A stretch of DNA of 64,000 nt from Tubiluchus corallicola (GCA_030141605.1 JAQGDQ010000146.1:379933-443932); one strand, 5' to 3'; shown: positions 50,209 to 63,113, numbered from the stretch's first letter. A program made the numbers and translations. The notes: generated from the sequence alone by a model not told the origin.

Positions 50209-50857
50209 GAAGTCCTCGCTTAACGATTCCCCGTTTAGCAACGTTTCGTTTTCACTTAACGACGCATCGTTTCATTATAACGACGATTTTTTTTGTTTTC
50301 TCAAAACCAGTTTATTTTGTCAACAACTTTTTTACTTAATTTGATGCTTTAAAGCAGTACATATTACGGTATGCTGTTTTAAAAACGCACTCGTAACGTA
50401 AACACTGAACTTATTATAGAAATGCACGTTTTTGCTTCTCGACTGACCACTAAATGCTGCCTGTTTGTATCAAGGGAGATCTGTGAGCAAAGTTTATGCA
50501 AGGAATTCTGCCAGCAACCTTTTGCTATAGCAACCAGACCAAGTTTCTAGATAAAATTCCCAAGGTCACCCCAGGGCTTGGCTTTGACTTTGCTGCAGTG
50601 TTTATTGTTTAACCACTGGCTAGACTTAAACAGCCAATAAAGAGAAACCGCTAGCTAGGTAAGTAATGTAGGTGTTAATAACATGAGTTCATAAACTATT
50701 TAATTTATATGATTTAAGTAGCATTGATTTTTGCCTCTAGAATGTATCTCAGTTCATTTACATTACTTCCAATGGAAGTTTTGGTTTCATTTAACGACGT
50801 TTCACTTAACGTTGCATCTTGCCGAACTCATTAGCGTCGCTAAGCGAGGACTTACAG
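50209..50857. mobile_element. Tc1/pogo-like MITE, family H
   Basis: aagtcctcgcttaacg ... cgctaagcgaggacttac. Confidence 0.65.
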
Positions 50858-51725
50858 CACATCTGTGCGCAAAGTCATTATGGTTATTACTGCCGCCATA
50901 TCATCTTTTCCTGGGTTTTGAGAGTGTTGCACACTGTGTTTTGACACGGTGTTGTTATCTGCCGCTAGCGTCGTACTCGGGTTTTAAGAATTGACTCAGT
51001 TCTAATTCAAGTCGCAATTTGCTTTGTCTCTCTGATCGACTTGGATTCGAGTGTCTCGGGTGAGTCGAGATTTGACTCGGGACTTGCGATTATAAATCAC
51101 TCGCGACTCGAGACGATTCATCATTAAAATTCACTGTCCCTCTTCATGAAGTTCTGGGAATGGATTATTAGCTAACATCAATTTTTATATCAAAGCGTTA
51201 CCGTACGGGATGGCAGACTAGATGACCTTGTGGTCTTTTGCCATCCCGTCCTTCTCTAAGATTTGTAACTCGTTATATACTACCTATGATTGTTATTCTG
51301 AAGGCAAATTAATTATTATTATTATTATTGTAGTTACACATAGTGTATCACTGTAGATACACTGACACAACCACAAGTTTGGCAGCTGTTATGTAATGTA
51401 CAATTTTTTGTACATTTTATATCATTTGTTATTACTACTTTGTCAGTTTCTTCTTGACTTGCGTTAAATTCTCTGTTACTCACGTCTTCTTAATCTTTCA
51501 GAAGGTTTTGCATCTTGCTTCTGTTATTTATTTTTCTTTTTCGTATTTTTTTGATACTGTCTGCTGCATAAGTGCACTTACAAGTACATATTTTTGGAAT
51601 GATAATTAATTTTGCAGGTGTAGAAAGTGAAAGGTAATTGAGTAGGCTCGTGAAGTTTTTTACTAGTGTAATAATATACTGAATTGTTGTTATTATTATC
51701 GTTATTATTTGTATGGGTAGAATCA

Positions 51726-52059
51726 GTAAGCCTTTTGACAGTTCCAGCGATTGATGATGAACAGTTGACAATGACACGCAGCCCCTGCTATTGTAATAGT
51801 AACAGTTTTAACAGCTTGCTAGAACTTTACCTAGTTCATTTTTTCTTGTTCACAAGCAAGATCCTGCTAGTAAATCATTCTACGCGCATACTAATGCATG
51901 ATTAAGTAAAGTCAATTTAAAATAACTGAAGTTACTAAACTGATGCAATAGATGTCTTTGCTTTACCACACATGTCACGGTTGTAGTTAAAGCGCTTTGC
52001 TATGGTACGCTTATCTTTTGACCTACAGTAACTGTGCATGCGCACAATGAAATGGCTTA
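51726..52059 (+). mobile_element. TIR MITE family C copy
   Basis: taagcctttt ... ggctta with the family core. Confidence 0.75.
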
Positions 52060-52704
52060 TTGGTTTACAGCCTTTAAAAAATTTTGTTTAAATTTTTACA
52101 AAACTGAAAACGTGTGTAGGTTTCACGTTCTTAGCCAGTGTTTAAATGTGTGAATTGTTGAGTCCGGTCAATAAATGAATGGGTGACCACAGGAAATTGC
52201 TTGCCATGCAGACTTGAGAGTTGTAATTGTTCGTAAGATTTTGACAGGTTTTGCTTGTTGTGGATGATGAATTATGTAGTTTATTGCATAGAAACTTTAT
52301 TTTTATATTTCAAAGTGCTCGAAAACCATAAATACATATCATTGTACGTAATTGTAGATAATTATGTTTTCCATCACCGCCTACTTACATATAACTTATT
52401 GTTGCGTATTTACTAAGACTAGAACTGTAGTAAATAGTTGAACTTTGTTTTATTTTATAAGCTAAATCTCTGTATTATGCTTTTGTAGGTAAAGTCTGCT
52501 GTTCTGTACATTTATTACAACAACAAAATAATCGAAATTTTTCTGTGATTTGACAGTGTTGTCTTGATAAACCTCTTGTTACATTGTTCTTGAATATCCA
52601 TTATCCATTATCTTAATTATCCATTTTAGATCGATTATTAAAATACAAGGAAACCCTTTATTTACGTAAATATAAAAAAATTTCACATGAGTAGCACGAC
52701 TGCT

Positions 52705-53244
52705 GCACTGCACTGAGAGTGAGAGTCCTGCACTGAACACTGAGAGTGAGAGTGAGAGCGTCCTGCACTGAACACCGAGAGTGAGAGTGAGAGTGAGAGC
52801 GTCCTGCACTGAACACCGAGAGTGAGAGTGAGAGCGTCCTGCACTGAACACTGAGAGTGAGAGTGAGAGTGAGAGCGTCCTGCACTGAACACTGAGAGTG
52901 AGAGTGAGAGCGTCCTGCACTGAACACTGAGAGTGAGAGTGAGAGCGTCCTGCACTGAACACTGAGAGTGAGAGCGTCCTGCACTGAACACTGAGAGTGA
53001 GAGTGAGAGCGTCCTGCACTGAACACTGAGAGTGAGAGTGAGAGCGTCCTGCACTGAACACTGAGAGTGAGAGTGAGAGCGTCCTGCACTGAACACTGAG
53101 AGTGAGAGTGAGAGCGTCCTGCACTGAACACTGAGAGTGAGAGTGAGAGCGTCCTGCACTGAACACTGAGAGTGAGAGTGTCCTGCACTGAACACTGAGA
53201 GTGAGAGTGAGAGCGTCCTGCACTGAACACTGAGAGTGAGAGTG
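52705..53244. repeat. Compound 29/35/41-bp minisatellite, ~15 copies
   Basis: cgtcctgcactgaacact plus a variable number of GAGAGT hexamers. Confidence 0.95.
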
Positions 53245-54401
53245 ACTAGAAAGTAAAACCAGTCAGTATATATAGGTATAGGTGTCCTATGCAGACTTGT
53301 ACAGGCTTCACAAAAACCATTACTTTAAAATAGGGAGAGAAACAGTGAATATGCATTCACTGGACTGTACAATTATACTGGGGGTAAGTAGCTGGTAGAA
53401 TGTAACAGGATTAGTTCATAGATGGCAGCACCTAATTAAAATGTACAATTACAACTTCCACAAGCGTCATTAAGCGAGGACATACCGTACTTTAGATTTA
53501 CCCTTTGTTGCCTTTTAAATTGTAAAAACCATTTATTGCTTTGAGGTTTTACTCTTAATTACTGTTGTTTGCGTTGAGGTGGTGTTTTTTAAATCAGTTT
53601 TTTAATGTTGTCGTATCGAAAACTGTAAACTAGTAACAGAGCAATAATATGTGCATTTAGTGATAATTGATACTTCGTAAACTAACTTCGTAAATATGAA
53701 TACATGAAAAGTGTGTTAATTAAGTTAACTAATTTTGTCAAATTTAGTGATCACTTAATCTGTTTTCGCTCGTTTATTTTTTTTATTATTTATTTTTTGA
53801 TTTTAAATTTTTGCTTGTTAATGATTTGTAATAGTTTCCCGAGAAAAAACATCTATTAGACCGTATTGCGCTATTTGAATTTATTGTTGTGGCAGATGAA
53901 TCGGTAATGCCGTGTTTTCTGCCACCATTTTCCATTTTGATGGTTTATACTGTATACTAATATGTTTGTTATCTATGTCAAGGATAAATAAATTTGATTT
54001 GATTTGACTTAACCGGAGTAACAAAATCACTTCCTCCAAAAAGCTTTGGCAAGTTGCATTAGCGTTGAGCTTTGCTCTACTTTTACTGGTAACATTACTC
54101 TATATTCGAATCGATATATTTACAGAACACCTGTTTCATCCTCATCAAGCATAGTGCATAATTTATTAAGGTAATTGCTTCGCTATTTTGAGAAGAGTCG
54201 TTGACAACGTTTACATAATTAACGTTAATGTAATTATTGTGACTTATGTCTTGATATAAGAGGATGCAGCTAGTATTATGTGGTTACAGTGAAATTTCGG
54301 TTACAGAGAAATGTATTTGGGAGTTTTTAGCCTAATTAGGAATAATAAAGTAACAATGACACTGATCACTGTATATTGCTTTTTATATTTTGCTTTATGA
54401 C

Positions 54402-54630
54402 AACCCAGGCAGTGTTACAAAATTGTCACATTGTCACAGTATTTTTTGCAAGTATTGGGACGATATGGAAATGTGGACTTCCCTCCACAATGTTGCACCA
54501 ATATTGTCACGATATGGAAAAAATATAGCCAAAAAATGTAGGTACAATGTTGTGGCAAGTCCACATTGTCTCAATATTTGCAAAAATATTGTCACAACAT
54601 TTTCTAGCCATATTTTTGTGCTGCTTGAGA
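54402..54630. mobile_element. Possible EnSpm/CACTA-like MITE
   Basis: cccaggcag ... ctgcttgag ends with repeated attgtcac/caat subterminal motifs. Confidence 0.35.
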
Positions 54631-56058
54631 AAGGTTATTACTTTTACGTGTAAGCATACATCAGTATAATGCTTATTACCCCAAAATCGCCCTCATTGCT
54701 TAGGTTTAGCTAAATTAATGGATTTTTGTGCATACCTTTGGATACTTCTCGACATATACTGACTCGGGTCACTTTTTTCCTGTCAAAGTGGTACCACCAG
54801 TGGCTTGTTAGCAATTTAAACTTAGCATTACCCAACCATATGGCCATAATTAAGTTGAACAATGTGGGCCCAAGTCCCCCCCCCCCCTTCGATAGCAGTT
54901 ACAGCACACCAAGTGAATATTTTCCTTGGATTATAAGCAGCTATGGAACATTTAGTGGTAGCTTTTAATGACTCATATCGAGCAAAAAGTTCTGCATTAA
55001 TGATTTCATTGTAAAAACGTTTGTGCCCTTTAAGTGATAATTGAAGTTTTTGGCAGAGATATCGCTGTGCGCAGTTATATGCTATACTAGTGCGTATACT
55101 AGTATATTGGTGGTATGTAATTACGAGTCAAAAGTTTGATGTGACATAATGAGTTTCAAACTATTGAATTTGCATGAGGAAACATTAAGAAAAATGGTCT
55201 AAATCCAGTAAAATGCATTGATTCCCCAGACCCCGTAGCTGCTTTTTCGCTGGGTATACCCTTTTTCTAAAGCCTGTATCCGCCACTGAACGTGACTGAA
55301 CTAAAACGAAATTTTAAAAATTTGTACAAAGAGCCTTGAAATGTTCACTCTGTCATTTTGCACACACAACATATGTTTGAATGTAGGTCACATTAACAAA
55401 CATTATATACATTAATAAATGGGGATTATCTATGCAAGATATAAGTGAATTATAATGAAGATAAATTAAGAAAAGTTTGGTTGTTTGTCATTGAGCAGTT
55501 GCAGCTAAAAGTATAACGAATAACAAGTAAACAGTGAAGTTAATAATGTCTGGTTGAAAAAATGTATATAAAGTGAAAAAAATACGTGTTTTATCTTGCA
55601 AACTGGCAGTTTTTATTAATGTCAATTTGCTTGCTGACTTCGTGTTGTGAATCCACGGTAAACTGGTAAAGCATGTCCTGTTTCCGTGAATTATATACAG
55701 TAACCTATATTCTGGGCGTTCAGTCATGACTAATGCAGTGCTCCCAGACTGTGGAAAATTGTTAGTTTGATAGTGAGAATTATTTCACGGGAGTTGTTCG
55801 CCTAGTGTAAGATGCACACATGCGTGAAAGAAACGTTCGCAGAGAGAGAGATAGGCCCACCAACTATTTTTGGCAGCAAGGCAGCTTCTGTACGTCGTTG
55901 TTGGGTTGTGGGAAGGTCTAACACGAGTGATATCGTGCCGTCGTGTATAAGCATGAAAAACTTCATGAGATGCAGTTCCTTTGTGTATTAGTGCTGTCGG
56001 TTAGTTTATAAAATGTGGCCTCGCAAATGTAGCTACATCAGATAATCAGATTTTCGAT

Positions 56059-56193
56059 TAGCTACCGTGTGTGGGGTAGCTGTGTTCTGTGCTATTTTGT
56101 ATATGAATCAGTTATAACGACTTACTAGCTACCGTGTTGTGGGGTAGCTGTGTTCTGTGCTATTTTGTATATGAATCCGTTATAACGACTTAC
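56059..56193. repeat. ~68-bp tandem duplication
   Basis: tagctaccgtgt(t)gtggggtagctgtgttctgtgctattttgtatatgaatc.gttataacgacttac, two copies. Confidence 0.9.
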
Positions 56194-56374
56194 TGTTCGC
56201 TTATTAACGAAATTTCGAGTTATTATTTATGCGAGACCCTGATTAACTAAGTTCATTTATAGGGCAGCGATGGTGTGTTAAGTTAGCAAGCAGTGATATA
56301 ATTAGTGATTCATTAATAAATGATCTACGCAAAGCTAACATCGTCTTCCTCGACGTGCTTTCATAATCGTGACG

Positions 56375-56489
56375 ATGCCTCGTTCTGTGATACTCGTGTT
56401 TCTCTGCTTATTGGTAACGTTGTTCACGGCAAAAATCTTGTTCATGTTTAGCCGTGTCAAGGCAACGGAAACGGGTTACAGCGTGGATG
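56375..56489 (+). CDS. Carbohydrate sulfotransferase, exon 1 (signal anchor)
   Basis: MPRSVILVFLCLLVTLFTAKILFMFSR...VD-G; in-frame stop upstream; donor GTAAGT, phase 1. Confidence 0.7.
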
Positions 56490-56779
56490 GTAAGTTTTAC
56501 CGGTAATTAGTTTTAGGGAAGCTGAGCCACCTGGCATTTACTAATTGGCAGTAATCAAGAGTATTGCTAGATTTTGATAGATATTTTATTTCTGAAAATC
56601 ACATTTCCAACACAAAAATTACAAATTACACCCGATGGTTTTATCAGCGGGCAGAGCTCAGGTAATGATTTCCAGATCGTACTAACAATTTTACTCAACA
56701 TAGCTGCACAGGTATACATACAGATATACAAATTTAGTTGTAAGCTCCATAAAGCGAAAAATAAAACTATTTACTAAGC

Positions 56780-57485
56780 ATTTGTACACATGTATTAAAC
56801 AAATATTTTACCTATGTGATGATCTCCGTGATGCGGTTATATATCTGCTAACAAAGCTATACTATTTAATTCACAAATCTTGCATACAGTCGTAAATGAA
56901 ACTACCTATTGACGTTAATTCTCCATCAAATAAATTTGCAATATTACTATAATTTAATGCGTACAGTGATCTATAAAGTGCATTTTCATGGCACTCGCAC
57001 AAAAAATGCTCTTCTGTCTGAATTTCTCCACAAAGACACAGCCTGCGCTCACGAGGTACATTTGCCCAACGACCTGTTTCTATAGCTAGATTGTGTGATG
57101 AGACCCTTATTCTTGTGATGAGTATACGTTTGTGCTCAGGTAACTCTGTCTTCCCATACATTGGATACACGGTCAAATTGGGATTTATTTCCAAATAAGT
57201 CTTGCATTTTGTACGATTAGAAACTCGGACATGAGTCTTTCGTCTCTCTACATCTATCTGTACGTGATCCGCTGTAGACATAACATTGTCTAAATATTTG
57301 TATCCCTTTGTTCGCGTATCTTTACATAAATTCCATACCAGCATAAACGGGTCATCCGTCATAGCGTGACGCTGGCTTACCAACTTCGAGACGAACTTCT
57401 TTTGTACGTTTTTTACCCTCGCTTCAAGTGAGGGCATGCCAAGTTCTAGCAAGCAAACATCGTTTGTTGTAGATGTACGAACCCG
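56780..57485 (-). mobile_element. 5'-truncated non-LTR retrotransposon (ORF2 C-terminus)
   Basis: ORF 57452-56871 contains RIRVSSHNLAIETGRW...RRLCLCGEIQTEEHFLCEC, the C-terminal cysteine motif of LINE ORF2. Confidence 0.85.
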
Positions 57486-58551
57486 ACCCTAGTGAGACTA
57501 TTACGTGTAGAAGAGTGCATTTTCCTGTCTCACGTGGCCCTGCAAAGTACCCGTGTCATCCAGCCTGTGTGCCCTACGGTCCAAATGATTAGCGTCAGCA
57601 AACGGGCAGCTGCTAAAATTTTTAAACTCGGTCCTTGTGATAGCTGCAGCATGTACCGCACATCATTGTAAGCCGCAACTACTTATAAACACGTACTCGT
57701 TATAAAAAATGAACGTCGTCTGGGTGTTAAAACCTCAGAAACTTTCAGCCAAGAGTTGCTCTTTGTCCTGGCACATCACTGTTCATCACGTTCATCATGA
57801 ACATCACTGTTCATCATGTTTAACACCTGCAGCGTGAATACTAAGGTATTAAATAGATGCGTTTACGAACTTATGATGAGATTTGTCATTCGGCAGTCAG
57901 TGTCTCCAAATGAGCTTTACAATCAATTCAATTTTATTTGCACAAATACATACAATGTACATTGGCAGAGCAATATAACATACATGTCAAATACTACATA
58001 AACCAAAAAAATTCATAATAGGAATTAAGCAAAGTTATTTTTATAGACAAATATTAAGACATAATAATATACTGATTCAAAAATTACAGCTAAATATTGT
58101 ATAATTCAGCAATGAAAAAAGAAAAATGACTCAAGTATAATATGCGTTCCAGCTTTTTAAACTACAGAAGTTGTGCAAAACATGCAAAAAATGAAGTTTA
58201 TCGAAAATTCAATTCAAGTAATAAAATGTTGAGGAATGACCATAATTAAATTACGTTACCAAATACACCATAAAAAGCATAGTAGATGCTCATTTTATAA
58301 TGGCACATGGTGGCATCCCGTTTCAGTGTCCCAACTCCAAAGCTCTTGGTACTTGAGCCCACTGGTTCATAAGCTCCATTGTAATGACGGAGTTAAGGCT
58401 GATTCACAATGAATTAGATTCATAATTAACTAGCTACATATATGAACACAGTTCCTAGCAATAACACAATATTAGTACTAACATTGCTTTGATGCCCCTA
58501 ATTGCTGTTAATCTTTTTGCATAATTTTGTTGCTTTAAATAATTCTAACAG

Positions 58552-58722
58552 GATCAAAAAGAGGTCTTCGTCACGTGGTGGTGAATGTGAGGCAACTGGT
58601 GGGAGTAAATCTAGAGTCTGGGAAGAACATGAGCTTGAGAATCCAGACAGTAAGAGATACACCTGCTCTTTCTGAACCAAATGAGGAGGATACCTCCAAC
58701 AAGACACTGGTACTGTTCCTAG
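58552..58722 (+). CDS. Carbohydrate sulfotransferase, exon 2 (stem)
   Basis: ctaacag acceptor and GTAAGT donor; 171 nt, open, phase 1-1; ends NKTLVLFL-G and joins YKRGGTTF. Confidence 0.8.
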
Positions 58723-58881
58723 GTAAGTCGTAAGTTTGCTACTGATCGTTTTCACTACAAGTTGTTCGTGTGAAAAATTTGTAGTACACGTAAGATTGTT
58801 CGTTTCCGTATTTTCCTAAAATCGTATTTCTCTGTAGTGAAGTTTAGAGCATTGGATTGTTATCATGTTGTAGCACTTGGA

Positions 58882-59434
58882 TTTAAAAGAAGTCTGGACG
58901 ATTGTTTAGACTCAATCTCATTTTAATTTACTGTCCAAAATATACATTTTCTTGCCTATAAAAGTTAACAATTGTTTCTTATATTTGAATAATTAGCTTA
59001 GAAAGTTAATTAACGGCAACCGAACACAGCTATTGCTTACGTCAGAAACTAACCACAGTTTGTGCAATGGCAGGCATCTTCCCTTGCACGTCAAGCACGT
59101 TTGCGTAAGTGTTACTGTTTAAATGCATGATGTCACAAAAATGGGCTCTACATCATAAGACGTCAGAAACTAACACTGCAGTTCATGATCATGGTTATCA
59201 CGGTACCGCCTTCTATTTGTCAGCCACGCGAATGTGACAAAAAGGCGCCGCTGCCAATCTTAGTAGATTCACTGAGCCACGCGTAGCTTTGAAAGTTTAA
59301 CGAAATTTGAGTATCCGAGATAATTATTATTTAATCTAAGCTTTGATTTTAAAAAAAGCTGTTGTAGCTTTCAATATTTTAGAGCATTCTTTATTCTGAA
59401 CTCAGGTTTACACAATCGTCTGGTTTTCCTTTAA
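58882..59434 (-). mobile_element. Kolobok-like MITE family E
   Basis: Ends tctggttttcctttaa; reverse complement of the ends of 38285-38680. Confidence 0.7.
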
Positions 59435-60291
59435 CTTAATATTATGCTGTGTTTTGTGGGGTGTTGACAAGTTATGTAATGATGATGTTGATGATTATGA
59501 TTACAAAAACGATGATCATGATTGCGGTAGTTATAATTATAGTGATAATGATGACTGCACTAATGAGAATGCTGGTTATGATTATGTCAACGATGACGAT
59601 AACGACGATGACAGAAATAACACCAGTAATGTTTAGAATCCCATTCTATCTTAATGTCGAAGATGAATCACGAATATGCTTGAAATTTTTTAGCAGAGCT
59701 TGGGAGTATAAACAACATCCCTCTAGTTTTCCCTGCATTTTCATATCAATTTACTGGCCAAATCTAGTGTTGCTTAACTTATTACCCAAGCATGCATTGT
59801 GACCACTCAGTTGTTCTATGTTTTGTATTTATAGACTAGAGGCATCATATTAGTTATGTATACTTGTAGGCATACGTAAATAATACTACAGATAATACGG
59901 CACATTAACATCCATTTTTTATTGGTGTGATATTTCTGATTTCCAAACGTTTGTGTGGGGAGCAACATGATACAACGGTTTGTGTCTGTTGATTGTATGT
60001 TTTATAGTGACTCTAGTGTGTTAACTGTACTGTTGTTGATCATGTTTATGGGGAGCCAGGTAGCTAATTTAATATCATTACTGTCATAAATAAGACACTT
60101 AATTAATCCAACACAGAATGATAGCATAATCCTGCTCATAGGTGCCAGACTGGGTTACATTTAGTGCGTTTGTGTGTCGGTAACTGCATTATAGTGTTTT
60201 GGGAAACTTGCAAAAATGGACTTTGTTAAGACAGTTGTGTTAAAATGTATTATAATGTTTCATTTGTCGGAAAAACATTGGCCATCACGAA

Positions 60292-60383
60292 AACAGAGAC
60301 AGAGAGAGAGAGAGTGAGAGAAAGAGAGAGAGAGAGGGGGGAGGGACAGAAGGAGAGAGAGACAGAGAGAGAAAGAGAGAGAG
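60292..60383. repeat. (GA)n microsatellite
   Basis: Directly visible. Confidence 0.9.
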
Positions 60384-60850
60384 CATTATATTTTATTTCT
60401 TCATAAATAATTAAAACTACAAGTTTACATACAACGCAAGAGCATTCAACCTCAGCAAAATTACATAAGTGAAAAAACCGCCCTGGCTGAAGAATGATTG
60501 TAATAAACTTCCCAAAGCAAAAGTAACAAGTGCAACATTCAAGCAACATCAATCTGTCTGTCATTAATGTTTAAATTGTTTCTATGCTTCAGTTCCTGGG
60601 TAAACACAAGTTGTCGGATGGTCTTTCCAGACTTTTGTCGGTGGACAAAATCGGACAGAAATCGAATCATGTAAACGTTGTATCCGAGATAATCCGACAT
60701 CCCCAAACAGCATCTGATTTCAGGCTACCAGAAATCAATTACCGATCTAATGTTTTAAATATTGAAAATTGCCACATTGATTTAATTTGTCAATCTACCA
60801 CAATAATTAATAATTACGATTGTTAAAGATTATTTCAATTTATTCTGCAG

Positions 60851-61836
60851 GCTACAAGAGAGGCGGCACGACTTTCGTCGGCGATGCTTTTAACCATCAT
60901 CCGGAAGTATTCTACGTTTTTGAGCCAGGATGGTTTTCTCAGGCACAGGTTATGGGAGGCGACTATAACCAGTACAGACGAACAGATTCATTGGTTGTTC
61001 ATTTACGAAATTTGGTGAAAAAGATGTGTTCGTGTAATTATACTGACCATGAAATGGACATGTTTGTGAAATTTCAGCAAGGTCGGTTGCTACGGTCGCG
61101 TAGCATGGCCATCTCAAAGACGCTGGGTTGTGAGCACGAAGATATGGCCGTGCGGACGGCGGTCTGTGATTCTCTTCCCATCGTGCCGGGCCACCGAAAC
61201 TGGATGCAGTGTTGTCATGACTACAGAATTCATGTGTTAAAAATCTTACGTGTTCATGTACTGGACGTCATACCATTGCTAGACGGTATTCCCGGATACG
61301 ATGTTAAAATTGTGTTTATGGTTCGAGATCCCAGGGGAATTATAAATTCCCGGATTGCAGAAGGTTGGAGATCTCTAACGAATGACTACGATCGGGAGGT
61401 ATTCCCTAAACGATTGTGCTATGACATGCTGGAAAACTATGACAGTGCCATAAGTTTAAAACTGCCTAAAGACAAGTTAAAAATAGTCAAATACGAGGAC
61501 ATAGCTGCCGATCCAGTAGCGGAAATACGGGAAATCTTCAAATTTGCCGGTATTTCATATCATAAAGACGTCGATCGTTTTCTACGCAAGAACGCATTGG
61601 GAGAGTTACTTGACCCGGGCGGGCATCGTCCTAGGATGGTTTATTCTGTGGATACATACAGGAACAGTTCCCACGCGACGGCTGTAGCGTGGAGGTCAAA
61701 ACTACCTAAAGATTTTATTGGAAAAATAGAGGAGCAATGTGGAGAATTTTTACACCGTCTTGGATACAAATTTCTAGTCAATAACAATTACATGAAATTG
61801 ACGAATAATGTGGAGATTGAACCCGGTTTGATGTGA
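60851..61836 (+). CDS. Carbohydrate sulfotransferase (Gal/GlcNAc/GalNAc-6-O-ST, CHST1/3/4-like), exon 3, catalytic domain
   Basis: 5'-PSB loop YKRGGTTFVG..FNHHPEVFYVFEP, 3'-PB MVRDPRGIINSR, KYED..ADP, WR; acceptor ttctgcag at 60850. Confidence 0.92.
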
Positions 61837-61851
61837 AACAATCAAACTACA

Positions 61852-62289
61852 TACAGTCAACCTCGGATGTAAGGGGGGACACCTCCAGACCAGAAAAATA
61901 TCCGATGTCCATTATAGCCGAAGTTGAGTCAGACCGAGGGTGTATCTAGACCTGTACTTTTACCCATATTTTTATGGATTATTGCTACACATTCAGTGCA
62001 AACGGTATGTAGGAAGCTCCTTCAGTGATGTGAGATGTATGTGACCACGGAAACCGAACTGTTCGAAGGCCGAGCTTGCGAAAAATCGAGGTTAAAAATC
62101 AATCAATTTCGCTTTGATCATAGGATCCCTTATATGCCAAGGTAATTTACCTGGGTTTCTGTTATGCAAGACCTGAAGATATCGTCCCTTATAACCGAAA
62201 GTCCCTTATATCCAAGTACCTTATATACGAAGATTTTTACATAGGAAAAAAAACATTAAGAAAAAACATTATACCCGAGGTTGACTGTA
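61852..62289. mobile_element. Tc1/pogo-like MITE
   Basis: TA-CAGTCAACCTCGG ... CCGAGGTTGACTG-TA. Confidence 0.8.
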
Positions 62290-62949
62290 GATGCGTGTTA
62301 GTAAAAAGTGGAAGCTAGTAACAGTTACGGTTACGTAAAGTTAACACTAGTGATGGGCGATTTTGAAAATTTCTAATTTGATTATAATCCTGTTCTTGTA
62401 ATTCGATATCACGATTAATATTTTGCAGTAATTTTTTAGTGTTTAAGCCATATTTTTCAAACATTGCACTACTGAAATGTAGCTTATAAACTTCGTCACT
62501 GTCTGCCATTTTTGTACTCGCAAACTGTTTTTATAGACATTTATTAACTTCTCTAATACCATGTCAACTACACGCGTCACGGGAAAATGAATAAGAAACC
62601 TCAGTTTGAAGTACAATGGCTTGCAATTGTGTGCATTGTGTAAGGTAAGAAAAATGAAGAAAAGTGTGTAACAGGTGTATTTTGCTCACGATTAACTGAA
62701 TTACTGTTCAATAGCCTATTATATCAATTTATACTTGGTTGGAATCTTGATTAATTCAATTAATCTATTAAATGCCCGTCACTAGTACACACAGAGCAGT
62801 TGTTTTCAGTGCTGCAGTGACAAAAACTGAGCAATTGAAAGTGAGTTTTAATTACTGTCTGTGAAAGAGATCAGTTTTTTTGGAAACAATGTGACAAGTC
62901 GTGCCTTAAGTTTATTATCAACGACTATATTTTTTTTATTATTTAGTTA

Positions 62950-63113
62950 TGTTTGTCTCACTGTAGTTCAATCCTTGGTCAGGCCAATCGGTCACTTTGC
63001 GTGTTAAAAGTTTGTCTCACTGTAGTTCAGATCTTGATCAGGCCAGTCAGTCACTTTGCGTGTTAAAAGTTTGTCTCACTGTAGTTCAGATCTTGTTCAG
63101 GCCAGTCGGTCAC
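62950..63113. repeat. 59-bp tandem repeat, ~2.8 copies
   Basis: gtttgtctcactgtagttcagatcttg.tcaggccagtc.gtcactttgcgtgttaaaa. Confidence 0.9.

Noticed and set aside
51205-51249. SECIS element
   Set aside because: No AA loop or GA quartet geometry, and no in-frame TGA in the upstream gene
57490-57745. Possible SINE 3' part next to the LINE fragment
   Set aside because: Only a vague tail resemblance (ctgggtgttaaaacc); no second copy or Pol III boxes seen
59449-59802. Met/Ile-rich and Asp-rich ORFs
   Set aside because: Degenerate (ATG/GAT)n repeat within an intron
60820-60850. ORF-track start of the sulfotransferase (likewise the starts at 41380, 44089, 45389 and 47220)
   Set aside because: Intronic read-through upstream of clear AG acceptors; the true frames come from splicing
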